Of a stretch of 64,000 nucleotides of DNA, positions 27,595-38,998 are shown in pieces. The DNA lies in NCBI GenBank assembly GCA_965235115.1, contig OZ249436.1, positions 54,934,001 to 54,998,000 on the forward strand. The letters run 5' to 3'. This stretch comes from Laetmonice hystrix. Lineage: Eukaryota. Position 1 is the stretch's first letter; the number at the start of each line of letters is the position of its first letter. Made by a program: the position numbers and the translations under genes. The notes under the pieces were generated by a model. It saw nothing but the letters and a program-made list of their open reading frames with translations, searched no databases and was not told where the DNA came from.

Positions 27595-28275
27595 TCATAC
27601 TAGCACCTTGTTCTGGAACTCCCAAGCTTTAGATTCTACATTCTTGTGATAGAATTTTTGGAAGGTGGTGGCCCTGGCCCAATTCGCCCTATCCAAGATT
27701 TGTTCAACCGACATTCCCTGGGCCCTGGCTTTTGACACTGCTGCCCCCCTTGTAGAGTGAGCCTTAAACTTCTGAGTGTCTATCCCTGCTTCCGCCATCA
27801 CCAGCTTTAACCACCTGGCGATTGAGCTGGTGGATACCGCATTATGGGGCTGCCTGAAACTCAGCAGCAACTGGTCCTGTTCACGCTCTTTCCTTCTTTT
27901 GTCCTTTCCAAGTAGTATGCCCTTAAGCATGCTACTGGGTCTAAGATGCGATCCTCAAACTCTGCAATTGTAACTGGCCTGGGCTTCTTGCCTGGCCTCA
28001 TGGTCTTGGTCAGTTCGTCAGTTGCCAGAACCATTTCACTCCCGTTGCCAAGGCCAATAACATGGTCAGCTTTAATGTAACGTCATTAAGACTATCAGAC
28101 AAACTTTTCCTTCTCAGGTAATTCAGCACTAAGTTCACATCCCAAGTGTCTGTGTACCTAGGCCTAGGTGGTCTATCATTGTACATCCCCAGGATGGATG
28201 TAGGGATGTTGACATACTTTAACTCCTCCTATCTCAGGATGAAAAGCAGACAGGGCCGATCTGTAGGCTATACAT
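27595..28275 (-). pseudogene. DIRS tyrosine recombinase, middle and C-terminal part (frameshifted)
   Basis: Translates to YRSALSAFH...RPPRPRYTDTWDVNLVLNYL...TLKLTMLLALAT...DPVACLRAY...IARWLKLVMAEAGID...AHSTRGAAVS...ANW...TFQKFYHK, containing the HxxR, W and Y catalytic-region motifs of DIRS YRs. Confidence 0.9.
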
Positions 28276-29159
28276 CACTGAAAACTTTAGGTCGTCAAGG
28301 ATTCGTCACAGGCTTGTCAAAGTAACAAATTTAGCCTCGTCAAGGACACTGACAAACTTTTGACAAGGTCATTGTCACAAACTCGTCACAAAGTCCGTTG
28401 TAACTGCTTAGAATGTCGCGTACTTGGCACGTGTTTTACATTTTCGTAACGGATGCCGACGGGAGTTAGAGGTCACGAAAGAAGGTAAGCACTGCTTAAT
28501 CTGAGTAATCTGGTATATAAATGGTGTTATATTGTGTCAGATCATCTGTATATCATAGCAGAATGTTCTTTAGACTCGAGTGGGATGTTAATTTTTGTGA
28601 AGAATAGAAAGATGCCCCTAAAATTTATCGATCGAAAATAGGCTTCTTGCACAAAGCCCGACAGTAGAGGGGTTTGTCTGTCATGACAGTTTTGGCGGGA
28701 CGGAATAGGTTTTTTTTGGTTCTTTTAAAGTAATCTTCCAGTTTTAAATGACATGAATTTTTTTTATTAAGCATCTTTACCCACGCTAACCCACTCGGAT
28801 TGGCTCGGCAATTGAAAATTAAAGGTCCAGAACATATACATGTATACCGGTATTCTTAACATTTTACTTTTGTATTTCAGGACTGAGAAAGCCGTGGAAG
28901 AACAAGCATGATGATGTCGTAAAGTTAAAAAGACAGACTGGCTATGTTATTAGTTATAAAGGATATCCCAGTGTCAAAGCAGTGTATATAAGGAAAATGT
29001 GAAATACAGGAATTTTACTATCTCCATCTGTCAAGTTGTTTGTTTTGTCTTAAAAACCTTTAATTGAACGTTTTTCTTTTCAATGTGTTGCAGACGTTTT
29101 TTCCAGACATTTGCATGGACTACAGGTCCATGATTATGGAGTAGGCCTACATCCAGTGT

Positions 29160-29470
29160 AGTTTTTGACGAGGTAGTTTTCGACGAGTTTTTGACAAGGT
29201 GACGAATTAAAGCTTGTTGTTTTAGGCACCGTCAGTTTGACAAGCCAAAACTTGTTTATTTGACGACCTTTTGACAAGTCTCTAGTTGACAACTTTTCGA
29301 CGAGTTATAGTAGTTTTTGACGAGGTGACGAGTTAAAACTTGTTGTTTTAGGCACCGTCAGTTTGACAAGCCAAAACTTGTTTATTTGACGACCTTTTGA
29401 CAAGTCTCTAGTTGACAACTTTTCGACGAGTTATAGTAGTTTTTGACGAGGTGACGAGTTAAAACTTGTT
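29160..29470. repeat. 126-bp subterminal tandem repeat of the CACTG element
   Basis: CTTGTTGTTTTAGGCACCGTCAG at 29213, 29339 and 29465. The third copy is interrupted and resumes at 30962. Confidence 0.85.
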
Positions 29471-30961
29471 CAGGGATGAAAGTGGCCAGCGGTAAAATTT
29501 CCTGAAATCCTGACCGGGGGGCAGCGGCGGGGGCCAATGTCCATAATTAATATTTGTTCGTGCGCACATCCAAGGGGCTTACCCCCCCCCCCCCCCTTAA
29601 AAAAAGTCAGGCTAGGAACAGCAGACAATCATGATCCGATAAGGCCTCCTAGCTATTATATATTATAGGGCCTAGCCCTCAGTATTTAGTCGCCCCCCCC
29701 CACCCCCAACAACACCCCCACCCCCACCCCAACCCCACCCCCACCCCCCCAACCCCCTGCAAATTTGCTGGATAGACTCCATCACTCATCAGTCCATGCC
29801 CCTGTTCAAGGCTGTTGCTTGCCTGTCACTCAGTGTCACTGTCAACCTCTGCCTGGCTCTGCCGTCTCTCTCCAACATTGGAATCCAGTCGGCTTTTAGC
29901 GTCCAAAATGCACCTGATTACGTTGTCAAACAGCTTCCATGTGTTGGACTGACCACACAGGCTGTCCATCAGTCTTGACCCTCAGCAGTCACGAACCTCA
30001 GCGGCTCTCAGCCAAGCAACACAGTCGCTGAGTCGAGTGGTTCAGCCCGTGTGTCCATGTGCCACTCATGTTGTTGTAAATATTGTCACTTCCGGTCTTA
30101 TCAGGACACCTGCACTGATCAACAAATGTAATGAAAAGTCCTGACAACCCCAAAACTTCAGTGAAAACCACTTACGTAATGCCATTATCCTCAAATTTAT
30201 ATGCAAGAAAACATTATGAGAACTTACTGACATATATACTAGGCAGATTCATAGAACTAAATTGACCCAGTTTCCTGTGAGGAGTGACATTGTGATGGTG
30301 CGTAGTTCGTCAGCCTAATCACTATCACCGGGACTAGACAGACCGGTCTGTCTATAGTCTCGTTGCTATCACTAAGTGAGCGCTCAGGCAAAACTCGCGC
30401 ATGGATATGGCATAATGGCAAGCCTGAATCAACGGGCTTCCCAGCTGCCTGACCATCAGTTTTGCCTGAAGTCATTACCTGAGGTGAGTCGCTCTCACCG
30501 CAGCGACACGGGGCCGTGCCTGCCAGACGGGACAGACGCCACCGCGTGCCGGTAGAAGTCAGCCCACGCGGGCCGGTCTATGTGAGAGATGTCACCACAG
30601 CTACAGGGACCGCGGGCGGTACACCAGCACCCCCGGCAGACCGGCCTATGCACGGCGGCACCCGTGACACTGGACGGGTTTGAGACACTCTAATATCCCC
30701 ATCTATAAACGAACTTTGGGCAGGTAGAGATAGGCCCTATATTAAGCTGCATGGTGTTAAAAAACGTCCTGGAAGGGGATATTGTTTCATTTGATATTTA
30801 ACAAATAAAATTGCCCACCACACAGTCCAGGCAATTGGCTTAGGCCTACCTCTTTTGCCTATAGATCTAGGCATATTTCCTTTTTTGGGTGTTATTTCTT
30901 GGGGGGGGGGGGTTTTCAAATTTCCTGATTTCAGGAAATTTCCTGAAAACTTTCATCCCTG
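29471..30961. mobile_element. hAT-like non-autonomous element with 6-bp TSD
   Basis: 13-bp TIR CAGGGATGAAAGT / ACTTTCATCCCTG; CTTGTT duplicated (29465-29470 and 30962-30967); subterminal AAATTTCCTGA repeats. Confidence 0.85.
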
Positions 30962-31042
30962 CTTGTTGTTTTAGGCACCGTCAGATTGACAACCCAAAAC
31001 TTGTTTATTTGACGACCTTTTGACAAGTCTGTGTTTTCAGTG

Positions 31043-31184
31043 ATTCAGTGTGGAATATTCAAGGCCCTGCTGGAATTTCTCGGCCAGGAAATTGCTCATA
31101 TCCTCCACAGTGGCCCATGGATCAATTTCCTGTCCAGTACACCAGCAAGCCCACTTGTCCCAAGGCCCTTTGTAAGCTGTCCTT
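31043..31184 (-). pseudogene. DIRS tyrosine recombinase, N-terminal part
   Basis: RTAYKGPWDKWACWCTGQEIDPW.ATVEDMSNFLAEKFQQGLEYSTLN, which continues into VYRSALS at 28275 once the insertion is removed. Confidence 0.85.
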
Positions 31185-32417
31185 GCATTATCATATCTAC
31201 TTCCGGTTTGCGAAATGAAAAGGTTGGCTTTGGAACGAGTTTGAGAATGTGCCTCTCAACTCGAAGTCGAAGTTTACGTCGAATTTTACGTCGAAGTCGA
31301 AGTCGGAGTTATGGTCGGTGTCTCAGTATATGTACGTCGAGCTGGAAGTCGAAGAATTTCCCTTCAGGTATTCCATAGTAATGCTCAAAATAGCGGTGAT
31401 TTCAACCGAGGTTACTTTTTCGAGCAGAAATGACCTCGGGATTTCCAAATGTACGGCCGCGTGATCGGAGCGAAAATGGTAAAAAAAACATAGACGTAGA
31501 AGTCTAACACAGCCTGCCATACCGTAGATCAAGTGGCCGATCTCACCACCAGACGTTTCGCCACCTCTGGTGGCGCCATCTCACGTTTTCTCCGATACGC
31601 GGTCCACTACTTTGCCTGACTTAGCGGACACCCGTAGGCCTATACAGCTATGGAAAGCTGAAACAAAGCCGTGATTGGTCTTGAATGACCATTAGGCTCA
31701 ACTTAATATTGACTTCAAGGTAGACCCGCCCATAACTTGTTACGAGAATTCTTCAAACTAGGGCCCTACATTCTCACAGCTCAACTAGACACCGAGATGG
31801 TTTCTTGACCAAATCACGTACACAGGCCTACTCATTTAAAGGGAAATGTGAGTGTTCAAAGCGCCACCTAGTGAGTCGCGTTGGTACCACGGGGGAAATG
31901 TGGATATTCAAAGCGCCGCGTAGTGAGCTTTAACAGAAAAATGTTTGGCTTATTTATGCAGTCAACTAGGCCTAGTTTGATGTGGAAATTAGTAGTACTT
32001 TTTAAACCATGAACTAAACTGTGTGCCAGAACCTGTCTACTCCATTGAATGCTATAGTTAAGACGCGTGTTTTACCAAGGCACTGACTGTTTGGCAGGAT
32101 GTAACTTTTTTTTTTATTCGGCGACCCCCATTTTTTTGGTTTTAAACTATTAGTCCTGATCCACTTTATCTTGTTACCGAGTTTCAGGAAGAAAATGGTG
32201 ATCATTTTTTAACTATTAGTCAAAATGTCTGAAAAATCCTGTTTTTCCCATTGAAACCTATAGTAAAGACCCATTTTTTACGGAGGCCTGTATAAAAAAA
32301 ATCTAATTTGGTGACATATATGATATTTTTTGTTTCTTTGTACTCCTAAGCACAAAGGCCCAAACTACGAGCGCACGTCTATAGCGCCCGAAGCCCCCTA
32401 CAACTGGGGGTTCGGGG

Positions 32418-33283
32418 GGCGCTATAAGCCCCCGCCCCCAGATCGTTTTTGATATTGAAGGCTCTAATACACTTCTTTATGGACATTTTGATGATCATTT
32501 TTATTTTTTGGAAGAAATATCATGGGAGCAGACTGGTGATTTTTTTTGTGGGGAAGACTAAAGTGATACAGTTGCCTATTCAACCCATCATTGGGCTCGT
32601 TGTAAAATAAATTGTCAGATTTCTTCCGTATGTGGTCCGTATAATAATGTTCCGTATATTTACGACTGTGGTGAAGATACGACGCGGAAAATATGTGGAG
32701 GACTTATGATGCTTGCGTTGCATAATCATTTTTATAACTTCTCCGCAGGGGTCGTAAGCAATGTAGTCCATTTGCCAAAAGGTGTAACCTAAATTTTTCT
32801 ATATTACCAGTTTTGTTATGGGTTCATAATCTGTGGGCCACCCTGAAGCATTTCTGACTGATTGTCCCCATGACATGGCCCCTATTGCCATGCAATTTCG
32901 AACCTCATTTTGTGCTCCAAAATACACCAAATGTCACGAAATCGCGTCTTTAATTTCAAAATTTTCCGGATCAAAATTTCCCCTCCCCCCCCCCCGCAGT
33001 ATTGCCAACCATCCGGAATTTTCCTGGAAACATCCGGAATTTCTGCTCAACTGTTGATGTCAGGAATCCGAAAAAAACCACATGGAAGTTCAAAAACCTC
33101 CGTATTTTCCGAAAATACCTCCGGAAAATCCGTAATTTCATCACCAACCTCAGTCATGATATTTCTTCCACATTACAAAAATGATCATCAAAGTGTCCAT
33201 AAAAAAGGTGTAATAGACCCTTCAAAATCAAAAATTTTCTCGGGGGGGGGGGGGAGGGGGAGGGGGGGGGGCTTATAGCGCCG
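32418..33283. repeat. Diverged inverted pair of ~120-140-bp MITE fragments
   Basis: 32418-32540 is roughly 80% (by eye) reverse-complementary to 33140-33283. A hAT-like end GGATCCGCCCCTG follows at ~33385-33397. Confidence 0.6.
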
Positions 33284-34235
33284 AGCCCCAAGCTGTGAGG
33301 GGCTTCCCGCGCTGCGCGCGCTCGCCATTCCCCGCCCAAATGGTCCGGCATTTTAGGATGCCCCCTCCCCGTACACCAACACTCTGGATCCGCCCCTGTA
33401 GTATACAGGCCTATCCTTGTCACCGTTAGATGTCTGTTCCGTGTTTCCCCAGGGGGTATGTGGCACTACCTATTTATTGCATAAAATATTGTTTTTATTT
33501 TCAATCTAAAATACGACGTCAGAATGAAACGGATAGAAGAAGCGGTTTTTCTACTGACCGCCCGGGTCTCAGCGACCAAAGCCCTGAAGCCGAAGGGAGT
33601 GATCATCAGGCACCAGTTTGCCTCAGGCGCCGACACTGCAGCCTGGCGTTGTAGAGTCTAACTGAATTTCTAGTTTCTAAAAAAAATCGTCGTCAAAATA
33701 AAGTGTAAGCACGTGCTTTGGTGCTTAGGCCTATAGGGATCTACGCGCCTGATTACTGCCGACAGTGTGTGAAACGTCCAAATCATTCACTGACACTCGG
33801 TCCAACCAACGAGACTCAACGAATCGGGACGCCTTACCAAAGGAGGCTGCGACTCGCAGCACTGCTTCAGTACCGCCACCTAGTGTTTACTTGCAACAAC
33901 TACCTGATCCCAGCGCCACAGTCATTCCATGTGCGAACCATGGTACCACACATTACACCAGGGGGCGTTCTGAGCTGACACCGCGAGCCTCCGTATCTAA
34001 GGACCAACATCGACCGGCCATACAAATTAAACTGAGTCTCTATACTCGAAAATTATGCACACGTTTGTCATGTTTGTGGTGCTGAATAACATATGCTGAC
34101 TCGTGCCAATTTTAGACCTGGCAGCAAATTTTTTAAACAAAACCTAGGGTTGCATTATCGGCAAATACAAATTGCCTACCTTGACCTCTCCGGATAATTA
34201 AGGGTCGCGTAATCAACTCTGTGACTCCGTGGCTT

Positions 34236-35811
34236 CCCTAGGATAAACCCTTCAAAATATAGTTAGTCGCTCCCCCTAGGATAGATCTAGCCCCTTCAAA
34301 ATACAGTTAGTCGCTCCCCCTATAGGATAGATCTAACCCCTTCAAAATACAGTTAGTCGCTCCCCCTATAGGATAGATCTAACCCCTTCAAAATACAGTT
34401 AGTCGCTCCCCCTAGGATAGATCTAACCCCTTCAAAATACAGTTAGTCGCTCCCCTAGGGTAGATCCAGCCCCTTCAAAATACAGTTAGTCGCTCCCCCT
34501 AGGATAGATCTAGCCCCTTCAAAATACAGTTAGTCGCTCCCTCTAGGGTAGATCTAGCCCCTTCAAAATACAGTTAGTCGCTCCCCCTAGGATAGATCTA
34601 ACCCCTTCAAAATACAGTTAGTCGCTCCCCCTAGGATAGATCTAACCCCTTCAAAATACAGTTAGTCGCTCCCCCTAGGATAGATCTAACCCCTTCAAAA
34701 TACAGTTAGTCGCTCCCCCTATAGGATAGATCTAACCCCTTCAGAATACAGTTAGTCGCTCCCCCTATAGGATAGATCTAACCCCTTCAAAATACAGTTA
34801 GTCGCTCCCCCTATAGGATAGATCTAACCCCTTCAAAATACAGTTAGTCGCTCCCCCTATAGGATAGATCTAGCCCCTTCAAAATACAGTTAGTCGCTCC
34901 CCTAGGGTAGATCTAGCCCCTTCAAAATACAGTTAGTCGCTCCCCCTATAGGATAGATCTAACCCCTTCAAAATACAGTTAGTCGCTCCCCCTATAGGAT
35001 AGATCTAGCCCCTTCAAAATACAGTTAGTCGCTCCCCTAGGGTAGATCTAGCCCCTTCAAAATACAGTTAGTCGCTCCCCTAGGGTAGATCTAGCCCCTT
35101 CAAAATACAGTTAGTCGCTCCCCCTAGGATAGATCTAACCCCTTCAAAATACAGTTAGTCGCTCCCCCTATAGGATAGATCTAGCCCCTTCAAAATACAG
35201 TTAGTCGCTCCCCTAGGGTAGATCTAGCCCCTTCAAAATACAGTTAGTCGCTCCCCTAGGATAGATCTAACCCCTTCAAAATACAGTTAGTCGCTCCCCT
35301 AGGGTAGATCTAGCCCCTTCAAAATACAGTTAGTCGCTCCCCTAGGATAGATCTAACCCCTTCAAAATACAGTTAGTCGCTCCCCTAGGGTAGATCTAGC
35401 CCCTTCAAAATACAGTTAGTCGCTCCCCCTAGGATAGATCTAACCCCTTCAAAATACAGTTAGTCGCCCCCCCCCCAGGATAGACCTAGCCCCTTGAAAA
35501 TACAGTTAGTCGCCCCCCCCCCAGGATAGATCTAGCCCCTTCAAAATACAGTTAGTCGCTCCCCTAGGGTAGATCCAGCCCCTTCAAAATACAGTTAGTC
35601 GCTCCCCCTAGGATAGATCTAACCCCTTCAAAATACAGTTAGTCGCTCCCCCTAGGATAGATCTAACCCCTTCAAAATACAGTTAGTCGCTCCCCTAGGA
35701 TAGATCTAACCCCTTCAAAGTACAGTTAGTCGCTCCCTCAAGGATAGATCTAACCCCCTTCAAAATACAGTTAGTCGCTCCCCCTTAGGACAAACCCTTT
35801 AAAATGCAGTT
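34236..35811. repeat. 43-46-bp minisatellite, about 35 copies
   Basis: Unit CCCTTCAAAATACAGTTAGTCGCTCCCC(C)T(AT)AGG(A/G)TAGATCTA(A/G)C. Confidence 0.97.
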
Positions 35812-35965
35812 TGGCTGAACGCAATTGAATTCAAAGTAGGCCTACAGCTAAAAGGCGATGAAAACGTTCAAAATATCAATATAAGGGTGTTCAGCATGAA
35901 AAAGCTTCTTCTTACCTACAATCCTGTGATTATCTGAGCTTTAATAAAGGAATAATCAACTGTGA

Positions 35966-36495
35966 ACCCACTCAGGCCCTGACGCCGGGGGTGGGAGGGT
36001 CGGTCACTGCTTTTACCTCAGCGGGACGACAACGACCCACTCAGGCATTGACGCCGGGGGTGGGAGGGTCGGTCACTGCCTTTACCTCAGCGGGACGACA
36101 ACGACCCACTCAGGCCCTGACGCCGGGGGTGGGAGGGTCGGTCACTGCCTTTACCTCAGCGGGACGACAACGACCCACTCAGGCCCTGACGCCGGGGTGG
36201 GGGTGGGGGTGGGGGTGGGGGGTCGGTCAACGTCCCACTCAGGCCCTGACGCCGGGGGTGGGGTGGCGGTGGGGGGGGGGGAGGGTCGGTCACTGCCTTT
36301 ACCTCAGCGGGACGACAACGACCCACTCAGGCCCTGACGCCGGGGTGGGGGTGGGGGTGGGGGTGGGGGGTCGGTCAACGTCCCACTCAGGCCCTGACGC
36401 CGGGGGTGGGGTGGCGGTGGGGGGGTGGGAGGGTCGGTCACTGCCTTTACCTCAGCGGGACGACAACGACCCACTCAGGCCCTGACGCCGGGGTA
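35966..36495. repeat. 69-bp tandem repeat with (GGGGT[G])n expansions
   Basis: ACCCACTCAGG... at 35966, 36035, 36104 and 36173, then alternating short and long variants. Confidence 0.92.
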
Positions 36496-37827
36496 GGAGG
36501 GGGGGGGGGGGTATAGAAACATATCCTACCGACATCAAAGCTCTGCAGGGGGTGGTAGCTTGTTTATATACAATAACTCGGGAACTCGGGAGTTATTAAG
36601 GTGGTCCAGGTATGTGTATGGACCCTATATTTATCTTGGATGTGAATACAGCTTGTCAATAGCGGAATAGTACGATCCCCTATTCTCAGATGACTGTAAT
36701 AGTCGGTACCATTCCGACTTCTTAGATGTTGACAGCATGAGGGAGCATTAGTGGCGCTTTAGCTCGACTGACCACTGGACTAATCGTACACTACAGATAT
36801 ATCCAACAAGTGGTTTTGATACCGTTCGTGCATCAATGGGTCTGCACTAAAGTTTAGAACATGGCAGCAAGTCATGACGGAGTGTTATTTAGCAGACTCC
36901 AACAGACACCAGGAGACGTCGGTGTCAAGCTGTAGTTTACGCTCATGGTCACGTGACAACATATTGAGACATTCGTGTTTTTGAAGGGGGGGGGGGGGGT
37001 GTGTTCTTGTATCGTTGCAATACAATTCTTGCATTTTGTTTTACTTAATATATCCATAATTTCGTTCACCATTCATTAAAAGTATTGTCATTTCTATATT
37101 TCAAGCCCCATTCCAATTGGATGCTACATATCTCTAACTTGTTTTGAGTAGTGCACGTCATACCTTCAGTGACTACCGTCTCGTTGGTCCGACATACTCG
37201 GACTTTGCAGGGTGACGCTTTACTAGATGTCTGTAGGCCTACTACAAGTAACCATATGAAGTAACTCATCTGTTCATGTGTCGTGTCTAGACATCGACGT
37301 CGTGTCTAGACATCGACGCCTTTTCTCCATTCACGTTACTGATACCAGTGCTACACCTCAGATTTCGCCTCCACCCCCTCAAAATGTATGATAATAATTA
37401 AATAAAAACGGAAATTGTCACCTACCATCTCTCAGACCCCAGCCCTCATGGTTCGGTGGAACTATGCAGTCAATCAGATACATTCACCTACCACTTATGA
37501 ATACGTTCAGCCACTGAGAATCCTGTCAGGAGTATATGAGGCCCACAATGAGAACATCCCACGACAAACCGCTGGCCCCAGTTGGGCTCCCATCAGAATG
37601 GCCTATCGAGTGTCATGCCACAATGACAGCGGCCACGAGAGACACCTCCTCTTTACTCCATCGCCCCAAGGGAACAAGTCCTCGACCCATGGAGCGGCCG
37701 TGAATCACAGACTCACCCAACCATAGCACCCCGAGCCGACTGACTTTAGCTATATCACCTGGGACAGTGGTCATAATTATGATGGGCTGATAGGGCCTAA
37801 AATACCCCGATAATCTCTGGGGGTACA

Positions 37828-38016
37828 CTACGTTATCTTGAGTTCGTCTATACCCTCTCTGAGGAAAACGTCAGGGGAGGAGGGGCAACCAACCTCAATG
37901 AACCTCATCTCTTCATCAAGTATACTTTTTTTATAAAACCACTGACAGTGCTTGTTGATGTGGAAAGTAGAGTGAAGACGCACTTGGATTGGGAATAGGG
38001 CATTATCCCCCTTCAT
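37828..38016 (-). CDS. Candidate terminal coding exon, product unknown
   Basis: CAG| acceptor in phase 0, matching the phase-0 donor at 41030; open to a TAG stop (MKGDNALFPIQVRLH...EGIDELKIT). Confidence 0.35.
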   Translation of the reverse strand: MKGDNALFPIQVRLHSTFHINKHCQWFYKKSILDEEMRFIEVGCPSSPDVFLREGIDELKIT

Positions 38017-38791
38017 CTGGTGTCGTTTACCTATAGGTAGGGTTTAAATATGATGGGTCCAAGTACACAAGGTCTAACTCTGTCAGTGTGCTCTTGGTAG
38101 ACACCAGGTCAAAGTACCTCAACCCCACGTTCTGTGAGACACGCAGTACAATATCATACATTATCTGCAGCTCGTGTCTTTCATTGTCTGGGCGCACGTC
38201 ACAATTGTTTTAATTTTGCACTCTAAGTTCAGTCAAAAGTACGAGCTCAACTTTGCTGAAGTAGAAGAAATAATTTCAATATAAATATTTTATAAGGAGA
38301 ATCTGGACAGTTATATTTATTCATAAGATGAGTTGTGTAAATATTTCTGCACTGCTTTTGTACGAGGGCGATGTGAGGGTTGCGGGTTGAAGTCCTGATG
38401 GTTTCAGCTTACCCTTGGGTTTGGCGCCCTGTCACCCCTATACCTCACCCCTTCTATACAGTTCACCCACCAACTGACCCAGTGGTCAGCCACTCTATGG
38501 GACTGTTCCCACCCTCGACATTACTTATAAACCTCCACTCACCTTTGGTGCGAACCACAACGGTCCAAGTTCTAATGGTCCATCTACGCATCTACCGTTC
38601 AGCCAAAAACAAAGGTTTGGCTACCTTAGAGCACACAGTCGTAATTTGTCCCTAATTGTACCTATACCCCTTTAATCTGCCTGGATTCCCCGAAGGGCAC
38701 AGCATGTCACCCGATACACTTTTACTGTACCGAGAGTCACTGCCGAGCACCATTGTGTCAATTACCACAATGCGATTCCTATTTCGAGGTT

Positions 38792-38998
38792 CAGTCCCAG
38801 TGAGAGTATCTATACGGTACTGAATGAATGAATACCTGGTGCAGTCCCAGTGAGGGTATCTATACGGTACTGAATGAGTGAATACCTGGTGCAGTCCCAG
38901 TGAGGGTATCTATACGGTACTGAATGAGTGAATACCTGGTGCAGTCCCAGTGAGGGTATCTATACGGTACTGAATGAGTGAATACCTGGTGCAGTCCC
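38792..38998. repeat. 50-bp tandem repeat, about 4 copies
   Basis: CAGTCCCAGTGAGGGTATCTATACGGTACTGAATGAGTGAATACCTGGTG at 38792, 38842, 38892 and 38942. Confidence 0.95.

Larger units (their letters stand above)
28276..31042. mobile_element. EnSpm/CACTA (CMC)-type non-autonomous element
   Basis: Termini CACTGAAAAC ... GTTTTCAGTG; 2-bp TSD AT (28274-28275 and 31043-31044); subterminal TTGAC(A/G)A / (T)CGTCAA repeats. Confidence 0.85.
27539..31222 (-). mobile_element. DIRS-type (tyrosine recombinase) retrotransposon deletion derivative, interrupted
   Basis: YR coding remnants lie at 27595-28275 and 31043-31184, bracketed by a ~33-bp inverted repeat TGCATTATCATATCTACTTCCGGTTTGCGAAAT (27539-27571 and ~31185-31217). 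Confidence 0.85.

Noticed and set aside
31559..31930. CTCF-like GCGCCACCT(A/C) motifs
   Set aside because: These are short partial matches that cannot be supported without a PWM scan or ChIP data.
35991..36485. 164-aa ORF
   Set aside because: It is a translation of the 69-bp repeat, and the G-run indels shift the frame.
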